A stretch of DNA of 64,000 nucleotides from a bacterium (GTDB taxonomy: Bacteria; Actinomycetota; Acidimicrobiia; Spongiisociales; UBA5794): contig JAAETI010000355.1 in assembly GCA_024228555.1 (NCBI GenBank), positions 3,602 through 67,601 on the forward strand, written 5' to 3'. The notes beneath the pieces are model-generated. The model did no database searches. It was not told the origin of the DNA and saw only the letters and a list, made by a program, of their open reading frames with translations. A program made the position numbers and the translations under genes. Shown here piece by piece: positions 1 to 10,047 of this stretch (positions are counted from its first letter, which is position 1; the number at the start of each line of letters is the position of its first letter).

Positions 1-912
1 CACGTAGATGACCCGAGGATCGACATCCGAAGCGATCAGGGCACCAGCAAGCGCCAGCTGTCCTTCAATTGAGTACGTGTCTACCTCGATCGCATCCAAG
101 GCGTCTTGCAACGGTTGCAGGCTGCGTTGCAGACGGTTCTGCGCAGTTGCCGTCGCCGCAATCGCTTTTCGCACCGGGTCGAGTTCGCTGACCGGGATGT
201 GGGCAGGCGCAAAGCCCGACCAGACTCCAGCAAAGTCCCTCGGATCGTCTACCCACCAGGGGAAGCCTGAAGCGAGACCGTTGGTGTCGGAGATGCCGAC
301 GACATACGAGGCGCTTCCCAACAGTGCCTGTGACGGGCCAGGGCCAACCGAAATGCCGGCCAGGATATGCTCGTAGCCAACGGATGCGTCGAGGTAGCGT
401 CCCAGCCATCCGGTGTGATCCGGGGTGGAGGTCCCGTCCCACCATCGTCGCATGGAGACAAAGTGAGACAGGTCGGGGTTGGGGATCCCAAGACCCTCGA
501 CAATGGCGACCTGACCGCTGCTGTACCGATCGGCCACGGTGGTCAAGGCAGGGTGGAGGCCGACGTCGCCATCGAGGCGGATGGGATCTTCGATCGCCGT
601 CGTCGGCCGCAGGTCGCGATAGCGGCTGTTCAACGGAACGATGGTGGAGAGGGAGTCGTTGCCCCCGCCGAGTTCGATGACGACCAGTGTGCGGTCGGTC
701 ACAGGTACTGTTCCGCGTGGGGGCGTTGGCAGGCTCGATGGGGCCAAGGCACCAGGGGCCTGATACGCACCCGAGACGGTGTCGGCCTGCTGGTACACGC
801 TGATCCCTTGGTTGCTACACGCGGCAACCGTGACCGCCGCCCCGAGGCCGGCCAGGAATTTGCGTCTCGAGATGAGATTGCAGGCATCTTCGATTGGATT
901 GCGTTCGGTCAT
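1..912 (-). CDS. DUF1501 domain protein (Tat-signal, sulfatase-like fold), C-terminally truncated by window edge
   Basis: Hand translation of the minus strand from ATG at 912..910 gives MTERNPIEDACNLISRRKFLAGLGAAVTVAAC...VVIELGGGNDSLSTIVP, a Tat RR motif plus the GGNDxxN motif typical of DUF1501. There is no stop codon before position 1, which is why it is absent from the ORF track. It lies 1 nt downstream of the DUF1800 gene. Confidence 0.7.
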   Translation of the reverse strand, partial: MTERNPIEDACNLISRRKFLAGLGAAVTVAACSNQGISVYQQADTVSGAYQAPGALAPSSLPTPPRGTVPVTDRTLVVIELGGGNDSLSTIVPLNSRYRDLRPTTAIEDPIRLDGDVGLHPALTTVADRYSSGQVAIVEGLGIPNPDLSHFVSMRRWWDGTSTPDHTGWLGRYLDASVGYEHILAGISVGPGPSQALLGSASYVVGISDTNGLASGFPWWVDDPRDFAGVWSGFAPAHIPVSELDPVRKAIAATATAQNRLQRSLQPLQDALDAIEVDTYSIEGQLALAGALIASDVDPRVIYV

Positions 913-913
913 T

Positions 914-2173
914 TCACACCACCATGAATTCGGGGGAACCAAATGCCAGTCCCAACTGGAGCCCGGGTCGGGGGAATCGGTCGATCAACGCTCTGGTCTC
1001 GGTCGACACGTCATATACGCCGAGAGCTTCGAAGACGTCGATGGCGGCGACTTCCTCGTCGTCGAGGTTGCGGACCAGATACAGCAGCTCAAATGAACCG
1101 AGCAGCCGAGCCGGGTCGAGTAGGCCTTCACCCGACGGGAATCCCGCTGGATTCGGGGCGTGCAACGGCAGGTAGTTCAGCTTGTTCAGTATCCAGTGCA
1201 CCGAGCTTGGATCGTTATCCTCGGCGAGGGGCAGGCCCTGCAAGATGGTTGCCACCTTCTCCAAAGGGCTGCGCACTTTGGCTCTGATCGCCTCATCCGA
1301 CAGGAAGGCCGGGTCGGCGACGATCTCGCGGACCAGGGGCATGATGTCGTAGGTCTCTGCGAACTTCTTGCCGAGCCGCTGCGCAGTTGCCGGTGGTGCG
1401 TCCAGTCCGATGATCTCCTTGTAGAGCTTTGCGGCCACATGTCGCCCGGTTTCCGGCCGGTCGAGGAGGATCTCAACCACATCCGCGAGACCGAGAGTCC
1501 CGCTATTGCCGAGCAGTGTCTTGGTGCCGGTGTCGTGCCGTTCTGGGTCGAGGAGCGCAACCCAGGGCGGTGCGTAGTCATATTGGAAACCTGGCTCCTC
1601 CCAGTGGGGTTCATTGATGACCCACCCGGTCAGTGCCCTGGAGATCTCCTTGACGTCCTCTTCGGTGTAGTTACCCACGCCAAGGGTGTGCAGCTCCATG
1701 AGCTCTCGACCCAGATTCTCGTTCGGTGTCTCGGCGGTGCTCTCGATGGCGTCTAGGTACCAGAGCATGGCGGCGTCGCTGATGACCGCGCTGAGCATCG
1801 CCCGGAAGTTGCCGGTTGCATGTGCTCTGATTGTCTCGTGGTGTTTCAGCAGAATGTAGGAGTTGTCGGCTTTCTCCCCGCTGATTGCAAAGTGGTCATG
1901 CCAGAACCACACCAGCCGCTCGATCAACGGCTGTTCGCCTGAGCCGATCACATCCATCCACCACGGCATCAGGTGCTCGCCGAGGAGGGAATAGTCGACC
2001 GAGTCCCAGTCAGCTGGGGGATCTACCTGCGGTAGCTGGGCCTGGTCGAATGGCAGATCGAGCATCGCGGCGATAGCGCTTGCGGGGTCGGAGTGTTCGG
2101 CGACGAGTCGGGGGTTTGAGCCGAGACCGAGTCGACGGATCACGTGGGCGGTGCGTTCGCGTTCTGAGTACAT
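914..2173 (-). CDS. DUF1800 family protein
   Basis: 419-aa ORF beginning MYSERERTAHVIRRLGLGSNPRL. DUF1800 proteins are characteristically encoded immediately upstream of DUF1501 genes, as seen here. Confidence 0.7.
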   Translation of the reverse strand: MYSERERTAHVIRRLGLGSNPRLVAEHSDPASAIAAMLDLPFDQAQLPQVDPPADWDSVDYSLLGEHLMPWWMDVIGSGEQPLIERLVWFWHDHFAISGEKADNSYILLKHHETIRAHATGNFRAMLSAVISDAAMLWYLDAIESTAETPNENLGRELMELHTLGVGNYTEEDVKEISRALTGWVINEPHWEEPGFQYDYAPPWVALLDPERHDTGTKTLLGNSGTLGLADVVEILLDRPETGRHVAAKLYKEIIGLDAPPATAQRLGKKFAETYDIMPLVREIVADPAFLSDEAIRAKVRSPLEKVATILQGLPLAEDNDPSSVHWILNKLNYLPLHAPNPAGFPSGEGLLDPARLLGSFELLYLVRNLDDEEVAAIDVFEALGVYDVSTETRALIDRFPRPGLQLGLAFGSPEFMVV

Positions 2174-2317
2174 GCGCTGAAGTTATGGAACAGCACATGA
2201 AAAGAGGATTAAGGCCTGCCTAGTTCGGCTTTGCCGAACTTGGCTAGCTTGCGACCTCGGCAAAGCCGAGGCCGGGGCTGGGGTGGCAAAGTGGGTTTGG
2301 CTTTGCCGAGGTCGGGG

Positions 2318-2670
2318 CTAGTAGTCGGGGCCGAGGAAATACTGCGCTGTGCCCGCCTCGCAGAGAAGGTCGAAGCTACCGGCGACCGCCTCCTGTTGAC
2401 CGTCGTTGTTGAACCATCGGGCCACGTAGCCGAACGAATCGGGTAGATCAGCCGAGCCCAAGCTCACCTGGGCCGACCCGACCTCTGCGCATAATTCGTT
2501 CTCGGGCCGGCTCTCGTCAGGGATGATGCAGACTTCGAAGTCCTCCCCGTGCCCCAGCAATTCGGAAGCGTCAACAGAGATTCTGTCGGGGCGAGGCTCG
2601 TCATAGCAATGGCCGGTGCAGCCACCTAGCAACATGACGATGATGCTCAGGAAAATGGCTTCTGTTCTCA
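2318..2670 (-). CDS. small lipoprotein, hypothetical
   Basis: An internal GTG start gives VRTEAIFLSIIVMLLGGCTGHC, a signal peptide with the lipobox LLGGC. The gene sits directly downstream of the two-component system on the same strand. Confidence 0.45.
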
Positions 2671-2706
2671 CCTGGCTGATCGTAATGCCTGCATCCGTGC
2701 AGCCGA

Positions 2707-3939
2707 CTATCCCGGCAGCGTCAGCGTTGCGATCGCACCACCCTCGGGGCGATTCTCCAATGTGATCGTCCCGTCGTGGGTCTCCGTGATCCACTTGACG
2801 ATGGGTAGGCCGAGGCCGTGACCGCCACTGGTCGGGCCGGTATGGAACCGCTCAAAGACATGCGCAGCCACTGCGGGATCGATGCCGTCGCCGTTGTCGG
2901 TGACTATGACGGTGCTCGGGTAGACCGTCACCTTCACATCGCCACCACCGTGGTTGATGGCGTTGCGGATGAGGTTGGATATCGCCCGCCGCAAAAGTCC
3001 GGGATCGCCTTCAACAACGGTCGCGACCGCAGATACCTCGACTCCCTCGAAACGGCCTGCCAGCTCCTCCACCAGCTGGTCGAGCCGGAGCGGTTCCTTG
3101 TTGAGTTCCTCCCTATCGGCATCGAGCCTGGCGAGAAACAACATGTCATCGACCATCTGCCCGGCATCCTCGCCGAGTCGGGCGACTCGCCCCAGGGCGT
3201 CCTCCGCCGATTCGTCTCCAGCCAGGCCGCTATCGGCGACCGCTCGGATCTTGGCAACCGGGGTCCGCAGCTCGTGAGCTGCATCCGACAACAGGCGTTC
3301 CTGCTGAGCGAGAGCCTCCCCGGTAGCCCGGGTACCCCGGCCGGCCATCCAGTAGCCCGCCCAGGCCGCGGCCCCGACGAGAAACGCAGCCGCAATCCTC
3401 ACCCGGTCGGCTAGTCGGTCATGGTCGGCGTAGAAGCTGCCGCTTTCAGTGACGGCGATTGCGGCAACTCGCGGCTGGTCGTTCCCTGGATCAAGGATGG
3501 CAACACCGCGGGCGTACACCTCGGACTCGGGGCTGATATCGCCGACCCACGACATGTAGGTGCTTTCGTTGAAGAGGACTGCCTCGGCATATGAGTCCAA
3601 ATCGGCGTCGTACCAGTCCTCGACTGGTCCGGCGAGCGCATAGACCTCATCGCCGGAACGTTCGAATAGCCATGCCTGGGGCCAGCCTTCGGTGAGGTTG
3701 GTGTCGTTGACGAATCGATCGATCACTATGGAGCCGTCATCGGTGAACACAACCGAACCGGCGGTCTCTTGGGCCTTGGACAGCAACGCTTCGTTCATGT
3801 CGGACCAGCGCAGGTCGGCGTCGACCCTGACAACGACGTAGACCAGAATCCCCAGGGCGACAGCCATGGCGACCGCATACAGCACCGCGAGGCGGAGGCG
3901 GAGGCGTTGCAAATAGCGATCGGTCAGGCTCCTACTCAT
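2707..3939 (-). CDS. sensor histidine kinase
   Basis: H-box HELRTPVAKI, N/G boxes (NLIRNAINHGGG...DNGDGIDP) and an N-terminal TM segment are present. The ATG at 3939..3937 overlaps the stop of the upstream regulator (ATGA). Confidence 0.85.
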   Translation of the reverse strand: MSRSLTDRYLQRLRLRLAVLYAVAMAVALGILVYVVVRVDADLRWSDMNEALLSKAQETAGSVVFTDDGSIVIDRFVNDTNLTEGWPQAWLFERSGDEVYALAGPVEDWYDADLDSYAEAVLFNESTYMSWVGDISPESEVYARGVAILDPGNDQPRVAAIAVTESGSFYADHDRLADRVRIAAAFLVGAAAWAGYWMAGRGTRATGEALAQQERLLSDAAHELRTPVAKIRAVADSGLAGDESAEDALGRVARLGEDAGQMVDDMLFLARLDADREELNKEPLRLDQLVEELAGRFEGVEVSAVATVVEGDPGLLRRAISNLIRNAINHGGGDVKVTVYPSTVIVTDNGDGIDPAVAAHVFERFHTGPTSGGHGLGLPIVKWITETHDGTITLENRPEGGAIATLTLPG

Positions 3940-4598
3940 GCGATCGCCAACTTGTAGCCCTGGCCGCGCACGGTATGGATGACACCCGGGTCGCCCAGCT
4001 TGCGGCGAAGCGATGCGATGTGGACATCGACGGTATTGGACATGGGGTCGGTCAGTTCGTCCCAGCACGTCTCGATGAGGTGGGTTCTGCTGACAACGAT
4101 TTCGGGACGTGAGGCCAGTTCGACGAGCACGGCGAGTTCCTTGGACGTCAGGGTGAGGAGGATGCCACCGCGCCGGACCTCGGCTCGAGCTTGATCGACC
4201 TCGAGGTCTCCGATGCTGAGGATCGTCGGCGTGGCGTCTGCTGAACGGCGGCAGAGTCGACGGACCCGGACGATGAGTTCCTCCATCGCAAACGGCTTGA
4301 CGAGATAGTCGTCGCCACCGGCTTCGAAGCCGTCCACCCGCTGGGCAACTGCGTCCTTGGCAGTCAGAAACAGAGCAGGGGTGGTCAACCCGCTGCTTCG
4401 CATCGACCGCACCAGGTCGATTGTGTCTCCCGACGGAACCGCACGGTCCAGCACCAGGCAGTCGTAGCGGTTGATCTCGATAGAAAGCTCGGCTTCCGGC
4501 AAGTCACCTGCGGTGTCGACGGCAAAGCCGGAGCCGCGGAGACGGCGTTCCAAAGCCCCGCTCAGCTCGACATCGTCTTCAACTACAAGCACTCGCAT
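3936..4598 (-). CDS. OmpR-family response regulator
   Basis: MRVLVVEDDVELSGALERRL...DCLVLDRAVPSGDTIDLVRSMR...LFLTAKD receiver domain followed by a winged-helix C-terminus. Confidence 0.9.
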   Translation of the reverse strand: MRVLVVEDDVELSGALERRLRGSGFAVDTAGDLPEAELSIEINRYDCLVLDRAVPSGDTIDLVRSMRSSGLTTPALFLTAKDAVAQRVDGFEAGGDDYLVKPFAMEELIVRVRRLCRRSADATPTILSIGDLEVDQARAEVRRGGILLTLTSKELAVLVELASRPEIVVSRTHLIETCWDELTDPMSNTVDVHIASLRRKLGDPGVIHTVRGQGYKLAIA

Positions 4599-4796
4599 CT
4601 GCAGATCCTCTGGCTGCTGGCGGCGAGTGTACCTGTGGCGTGAAACGAGGTCAGAGGGTGGCTTTCGAAACTTCGGTGATGTCCCTATCCCATGCCTGCT
4701 ACCAGAAGTTTCGTTGTCCCTAGATCCTGATAGCCGAAGAAACTAAGGTGTGCGATAGAAATCGCAGAATGACCATTCACAGAACGAGGTGTTTCA

Positions 4797-5279
4797 GTGA
4801 TAATGCCTTCAGGACAGGTGAGTCTTGATGAGACTGACAAGACGATCTTGCGGCTGCTCCAGGCCAATGGCCGGGTCAGCAACGCCGAGGTCGCTCGTCA
4901 GGTCGGGCTATCGGCGCCCGCCACCCATGCTCGGGTCAAACGGCTCGAGGAGAACGGGGTGGTCCGGCAGTACTCAACGCTGCTGAATCGGGAAGCCATC
5001 GGCTACGACATGGTCTGTTTCATCAACGTCTCGCTCCAGCTGCATCAGTTCGAAGCGATTGAGCGTTTCAAGGAATTGATGCAAGACATGCCGGAAGTGT
5101 TGGAGTGCTATCACATCACAGGAGAGTTCGACTATCTGCTCAAGGCAGTGTTTCGCAATCGCGACGAACTCCAGGAATTCGTTGTGAACAAGCTGACTCC
5201 CATTCCCAGCATGGCACGTATCAATACCAGCCTGGCGCTGATCGAGATCAAGGCCACCCAGCAGCTCGCCATCAGGTAG
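4797..5279 (+). CDS. Lrp/AsnC family transcriptional regulator
   Basis: DKTILRLLQANGRVSNAEVARQVGLSAPATHARVKRLEENGVV HTH followed by a RAM domain. Confidence 0.9.
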   Translation: MIMPSGQVSLDETDKTILRLLQANGRVSNAEVARQVGLSAPATHARVKRLEENGVVRQYSTLLNREAIGYDMVCFINVSLQLHQFEAIERFKELMQDMPEVLECYHITGEFDYLLKAVFRNRDELQEFVVNKLTPIPSMARINTSLALIEIKATQQLAIR

Positions 5280-5313
5280 TCCCTGATCGGCTGCACAGCC
5301 GAAAGGGAACTAC

Positions 5314-6726
5314 ATGAGCGAGTGCAGCGAAGGCGTTGCGGAGTACGTCGCGAAGGGTGAAGCGATGGCTGCCGCGGCGGCGAACCGGCGTGCCGTCATG
5401 CGCACCAAAAAGTTCGACACGATTGCGGTGCACGGCATCTATGACATGGAGGCTGCCGCGGCCAACCAAGGCAGCATCATCGAGCCGGGTTACCTGAGCT
5501 CTGCCGAGCACTTCGAAAACAGCGACCATATGGAAGCTGCCCTGGCCTATCTCATGCCGGCATGGGTCTACTCGCGCATCGCCAACCCAACCGTTCACTA
5601 TCTCGAGGAGACGCTTGCGCTGCTCGAAGGCTACGGCTTCGACGGTGAAGTCTCGGCGCTCGCAACTTCATCTGGGATGTCCGCGGTCTTCATGGCGACC
5701 AACCCCTTCTTGGAGGATCCCGAGCCTGGGATGAACATCGTCGTGAGTGCCCGCTGCTACGGAGGCACGTTCATGCTGTTCGGGCAGCGCTATGGCGTCG
5801 AGCGCGGCGTCGATGTGCGCTGGGTCCGGGACCCGCTTGATCTCAACGAGTGGGCAGACAAGATCGATGGCAACACCCGGTTCCTCTACGGTGAGACGCC
5901 TTCAAATCCGTCACTCAGCATTATGGACATCGAAGCGGTGGCGGCCATCGCGCATGCGGCGGATCTACCGCTGATGATCGACAGTACGGTGGCCACTCCC
6001 GCGTTGACGCGACCACTCAACCTCGGCGCCGACATCGTTGTGCACTCGACGACGAAGTCGATGACCTCGTCGGGGTTTGCGATCGGTGGTGCGGTAATCG
6101 CCAAGCACAACATCACGACGCATATCGGGCCCGACGCAATGCGCGAGAACTTCGCCATGTACGTGAAGCTGCTTCCGTTCCGTGATCACGGCCCCGGCAT
6201 CAGTCCGTTCAACGCTCTGATGACGATCAGCGATCTTCGCACACTGCGGCATCGCATGGACACCGTCAGTAACTCGTCAATGAAGGTGGCTCGTTCCCTC
6301 GAGTCCCATGACAGCGTTGACCGAGTTGCCTACCCGGGCTTGGAGTCGATGCCGGGCCATGAGATCGCCGCCCGAAATATGTGGCTTGTCGACGGTGCCG
6401 ACGATTACGGGACGGACATCAATCGCTTCGGGCACCTGCTTGCATTCGAGGTCAAGGGTGGAGCTGTGGCGGCCCGCAAGGTGTTTGACCAGTTCGAAAT
6501 GATCTGGCGTGCCACCGATCTCGGGAGGATCAAGAGCGTAGCCACCATCCCCGCCATCTCGACTCATCAGCAACAGGGTGACGAGGGACGCGATCTGGCT
6601 GCCGTGCCCTCGAACCTGATTCGCCTCAACGTTGGTGGCGAGCATCCGGACGACATCATCGCCGACCTCGACCGGGCGCTGGCGGTTCTCAACGCACGAT
6701 CGGTGGTTTCGCACAGCAGTGCATGA
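5314..6726 (+). CDS. Cys/Met-metabolism PLP-dependent enzyme (O-acetylhomoserine sulfhydrylase / methionine gamma-lyase family)
   Basis: Has the YSRIANPT motif and the PLP-lysine region IVVHSTTKSMTSSG. At 470 aa it is longer than typical MetY. It lies downstream of the Lrp regulator. Confidence 0.8.
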   Translation: MSECSEGVAEYVAKGEAMAAAAANRRAVMRTKKFDTIAVHGIYDMEAAAANQGSIIEPGYLSSAEHFENSDHMEAALAYLMPAWVYSRIANPTVHYLEETLALLEGYGFDGEVSALATSSGMSAVFMATNPFLEDPEPGMNIVVSARCYGGTFMLFGQRYGVERGVDVRWVRDPLDLNEWADKIDGNTRFLYGETPSNPSLSIMDIEAVAAIAHAADLPLMIDSTVATPALTRPLNLGADIVVHSTTKSMTSSGFAIGGAVIAKHNITTHIGPDAMRENFAMYVKLLPFRDHGPGISPFNALMTISDLRTLRHRMDTVSNSSMKVARSLESHDSVDRVAYPGLESMPGHEIAARNMWLVDGADDYGTDINRFGHLLAFEVKGGAVAARKVFDQFEMIWRATDLGRIKSVATIPAISTHQQQGDEGRDLAAVPSNLIRLNVGGEHPDDIIADLDRALAVLNARSVVSHSSA

Positions 6727-6878
6727 GCGCATGGTTGGCCCGCAGCAGAAATCCTATTCGACGATGGATGGCGGATGACAGTTGGCCGTCGTAGCTTCTG
6801 GAGCTATCGGTGCAGCGTACTGAGACCCGTGAATGGGAAGATCACCCGTCTGGAAGTCCGCATTGTCGAGGCGGGGAA

Positions 6879-7319
6879 CTAACCGCCGAGCGAGTAGCGG
6901 TAGACGTTGGTCTCGCGCTGCACAAAGCCGATCCGCTTGTAGAGACGGTTGGCTACGTCGCGGCTCGGCCGTGAGGTGAGATCCACCGTCTTGGCACCTT
7001 CGCGGCGAGCTCGATCAAGGGCAGCTTCGTTGAGGGCGGCTCCGATACCTTGACCTCGCGCTTCCTCGTCGACAACCACGTCCTCGATCCATGCTCGCAT
7101 TCCCGTTGGAATACGGAACAGGGCCAGGGTCAGGCTTCCCACAATCTCGCCGCTGTCGACGTCTCGAGCGACGAACAGGACAGTCGCCGGGCTGGCAACG
7201 ATCGCAGCCAGTTGGTCGGCCCCAGGCGCAGGGCTCGACGAAGAAAGCTGTGGGGTAAGTCGTACAAAGGCGGCGACGAGTTCGTCATCGACCTCGATGA
7301 CCTCGGTGGTATGGATCAA
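6879..7319 (-). CDS. GNAT family N-acetyltransferase
   Basis: Acetyl-CoA binding motif VVVDEEARGQGIGAALNEAAL. Confidence 0.85.
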   Translation of the reverse strand: MIHTTEVIEVDDELVAAFVRLTPQLSSSSPAPGADQLAAIVASPATVLFVARDVDSGEIVGSLTLALFRIPTGMRAWIEDVVVDEEARGQGIGAALNEAALDRARREGAKTVDLTSRPSRDVANRLYKRIGFVQRETNVYRYSLGG

Positions 7320-7352
7320 GGGACTCCTTCCAAAGTCACGGCATTGTAAGGG

Positions 7353-7589
7353 CTACTCGTCCGGCTCCGCGTTGCGAAGGCGCAGCTTGTCAAGTGTCCT
7401 GCGGGCGGCGGGAAACTCGGTGCTCAGTATGCCGAGACCGGCGAGTACGCCGATGATTCCCGGCCCAGGGGTCACCAGCATTACAACCCCGGCCGCGGTT
7501 ACGACAGAACCTGCCACGGCAACGGCGGCCTTGCGTACCGTGCCGGAAGGCTCCTCTTCAATTGGATCGTATGGCTCGGGGTTTGCCAT
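7353..7589 (-). CDS. PGPGW-domain small transmembrane protein
   Basis: VVMLVTPGPGIIGVLAGLGIL matches the PGPGW family signature. Confidence 0.65.
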   Translation of the reverse strand: MANPEPYDPIEEEPSGTVRKAAVAVAGSVVTAAGVVMLVTPGPGIIGVLAGLGILSTEFPAARRTLDKLRLRNAEPDE

Positions 7590-7638
7590 TGCTCTCCGAC
7601 TCTACGTTCCCTGGCGGTTTAGTGCCCCAGAAATGGAA

Positions 7639-7668
7639 GGACCGGCCCGTGGGAGGACGGGCCGGTCC
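7639..7668 (-). terminator. perfect 12-bp stem hairpin downstream of hsp20
   Basis: GGACCGGCCCGT-gggagg-ACGGGCCGGTCC lies immediately 3' of the Hsp20 gene on the minus strand. Confidence 0.6.
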
Positions 7669-7700
7669 TGACAGCGCATAGCTGGGAGGGGAGGGAGGGG

Positions 7701-8102
7701 CTAGCGCTGAATCTCTACCGAAACCTTGCGAGGGAGCACCTCGGGTCGTTTCGGAATGCTGATTTCGAGGATTCCATCCTTGCTGGCGGCAGTGACGGCC
7801 TCAGGATCTATCCCATCTGGGAGCAAGATCGTCCGTTCGAACGAACCCTCGAAGATCTCTCTGCGGTGATAGTTGTCTTCGGTCTCGTCGGCCGTGAAGC
7901 TGCGGGCGCCCTTGATGGTCAGGGTGCCGCCCTCGACGGTCACATTGATGCTCTCCGGTTCGATACCGGGGACCTCGGTGCGGACCACGAGGTTGTTGCC
8001 GCGGTCGAGGACATCGACACGTGGCGTCCACGTGTTGGTTGTCTCAAGGAGGCGCTCGAAGTCGCGCATTGCTGTAAAGGGATCAAATCGTACCAAGTTC
8101 AT
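7701..8102 (-). CDS. Hsp20/alpha-crystallin small heat-shock protein
   Basis: Alpha-crystallin domain RVDVLDRGNNLVVRTEVPGIEPESINVTVEGGTLTIKG...GILEISIPK. Confidence 0.9.
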   Translation of the reverse strand: MNLVRFDPFTAMRDFERLLETTNTWTPRVDVLDRGNNLVVRTEVPGIEPESINVTVEGGTLTIKGARSFTADETEDNYHRREIFEGSFERTILLPDGIDPEAVTAASKDGILEISIPKRPEVLPRKVSVEIQR

Positions 8103-8116
8103 CTTTATCTCCTGTT

Positions 8117-8169
8117 AGAGATCTGTTTTTGATGTCTCTATGTAATCTAAGTCATTCGGACTCAGATTA
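8117..8169. promoter_or_regulatory. candidate operator palindromes in hsp20 promoter region
   Basis: The region is AT-rich. It contains TAATCTAAGTC-attcg-GACTCAGATTA (10/11-bp arms, 8143..8169) and AGAGA-N13-TCTCT (8117..8139). Neither matches HAIR or CIRCE consensus. Confidence 0.4.
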
Positions 8170-8304
8170 CAAGTAAGAATTGACTAAGAAATACCCTCGG
8201 ATTCCGACCGACGCCGACGTCGCATGCGCAAATGGACCGCAAAAGTATCGTCCTGCAGCCGGATCAGAGAGGTCTTGAGTGCAGGCGAGCATTAGGGTGA
8301 TCAG

Positions 8305-9093
8305 ATGAAGAGCATCCTCATAACGAACGATGACGGCATCGGTGCCCCCGCTTTGACACCGCTGGCCACTGCAATGGGACAGATCGCCACGGTTGCAGTT
8401 GCAGCCCCAGATGGCGAACGCAGCTGGATCGGCAAGGCAATCTCCAAGGCCGCCGAAGTCAATGCCGTCCCCGTCGTCCGCGACGGAATCGAGATGTGGT
8501 CGGTGGCCGGCTTCCCCGCAGATTGCGTCCATGTGGGCTCGTTCGGAGTGCTGCCGGCTCCGCCGGACCTCGTCGTCTCGGGAATCAACATCGGAGCCAA
8601 CAAAGGAAGTGCCTTTGCTACGGGGAGCGGGACGTTGGGCGCTGCCGTCGAGGCCAGCAACATCGGCATTGGGGGGATTGCGTTTTCGGCGATGTCGCAG
8701 GGGGAATGGCACGAGTGGGTGGAGTGGGTGTACACACCCGAAGCGCTCGAGATGTGGACCAGATTGGCCGAGGTTGCCGCCGACATTGTTGCGACCGTTC
8801 TTGACGTCGGCTTTCCCGACGGCGTCGATGCACTGTCGGTGAACCTGCCCGCCGATGCGACGTTGGATACGGGGCGTGTTGTCACCGGTCTTGCCAGGAC
8901 GAAGTACGGCGCCCTGTTTGCCGGTTCGAACGGCAGCTATCGGCACGCCTTCGACGGCATCCTTCGGATCGAAGAGGACATCGCAGGATCTGACCTGGCT
9001 GCACTCGATGACGGTCTGGTGTCGATCACGCCGATAAGGATGGCGAACGCCGTTGCTTTGGACAATGGACTCAAAGGCCGGCTGGAGCGGTAG
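8305..9093 (+). CDS. surE: 5'/3'-nucleotidase SurE
   Basis: N-terminal ILITNDDGIGAPAL signature and GINIGANKG. Confidence 0.9.
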   Translation: MKSILITNDDGIGAPALTPLATAMGQIATVAVAAPDGERSWIGKAISKAAEVNAVPVVRDGIEMWSVAGFPADCVHVGSFGVLPAPPDLVVSGINIGANKGSAFATGSGTLGAAVEASNIGIGGIAFSAMSQGEWHEWVEWVYTPEALEMWTRLAEVAADIVATVLDVGFPDGVDALSVNLPADATLDTGRVVTGLARTKYGALFAGSNGSYRHAFDGILRIEEDIAGSDLAALDDGLVSITPIRMANAVALDNGLKGRLER

Positions 9094-10045
9094 AGCATCC
9101 TTCGATACGGTCAAAGCTGTCGGTGACCGCGTCCGCCAGAGCGGCTCGCTGTCGCCACAGCAGGGTGGCGTGTCCGCCGCTCTGCCATCTGAGTTCCGAA
9201 CCGGCCCAATGTTGATGTAGGTGTTCTACGGCCGAAGTCGGGATGAATCCATCTCGGCGGGCGGCCACCATGACCGCAGCATCGGACCAACTGGGAACGG
9301 GCAGGCGAAGTACCGACGCCGCGGTCAGCACCTCCCGGAGACGTTGCTCTTGCCGTCTCCCGCCGAGAGCCTGCCACTGGATACCGTTGCTGATGACACC
9401 GTCCAGGAAGACCGGACCCGGCGCATGCGATGCCGCCAATGGTGCCATTGCGACGGGGAATCCCGCTGCCGCACCAACGAGGGCTCCGATGTTCCCTCCC
9501 ATGGAATACCCGGACACCCCCATCTGGTAGTCCATGCGGAAGTGGGCGAGGAGAGCGCGCCCTTCAGTGATGGCGCCGAGGCCCATGCGGGCGAAGTCGG
9601 CGACCGTCTGGATCGGCTGGTCGTCTGGTCCGACCATGCGCCTACTTCCGTAGTACGGAATCTCGAGTATCAGGCTTCCGACACCACGTTTGAGTAGTTC
9701 CTCGGACAGCTGCTGGCGAGTGTTGTAGCCATGGTCGTTCCATGCGGCCATCAGTAGGCACAATCGGGTGCTCCTCGGAGCCGGCTCGATGATCCGGATG
9801 GTTGCGGTGCGGGCGGTAGTTGGGACATCTGTGATCGCGGGGAATCGGCCGTCGCGAACGGTTCTATCGGCCAGATGTTTGGTCGGTCCCCAAGAGATCT
9901 CGAGTGAAGGTGGCGCGGCTTGCAGGGTCGCGAGATCATTCAACTGGGCTACGTACTTCTCGTCACCCCAGCCGCCGGGGAAGACCCGCAGCCGCTCCGG
10001 TCCGCGCTTGATCATCACCGCGGCAACGCGGTCGATGGGGTGCAT
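9071..10045 (-). CDS. alpha/beta hydrolase
   Basis: Nucleophile elbow GYSMGG. The gene converges on surE with a 23-nt overlap. Confidence 0.75.
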   Translation of the reverse strand: MHPIDRVAAVMIKRGPERLRVFPGGWGDEKYVAQLNDLATLQAAPPSLEISWGPTKHLADRTVRDGRFPAITDVPTTARTATIRIIEPAPRSTRLCLLMAAWNDHGYNTRQQLSEELLKRGVGSLILEIPYYGSRRMVGPDDQPIQTVADFARMGLGAITEGRALLAHFRMDYQMGVSGYSMGGNIGALVGAAAGFPVAMAPLAASHAPGPVFLDGVISNGIQWQALGGRRQEQRLREVLTAASVLRLPVPSWSDAAVMVAARRDGFIPTSAVEHLHQHWAGSELRWQSGGHATLLWRQRAALADAVTDSFDRIEGCSTAPAGL

Positions 10046-10047
10046 AC

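Noticed and set aside
367-927. 186-aa + strand ORF
   Set aside because: The opposite strand encodes a clear DUF1501 protein with a Tat signal, so this is a shadow ORF.
4599-4796. 9-bp inverted repeat CGAAACTTC...GAAGTTTCG with 30-nt spacer in rr/lrp intergenic region
   Set aside because: The spacer is too long for a typical operator and no supporting context is available. Noted only.
8167-9114. 315-aa minus-strand ORF
   Set aside because: It is antisense to surE.
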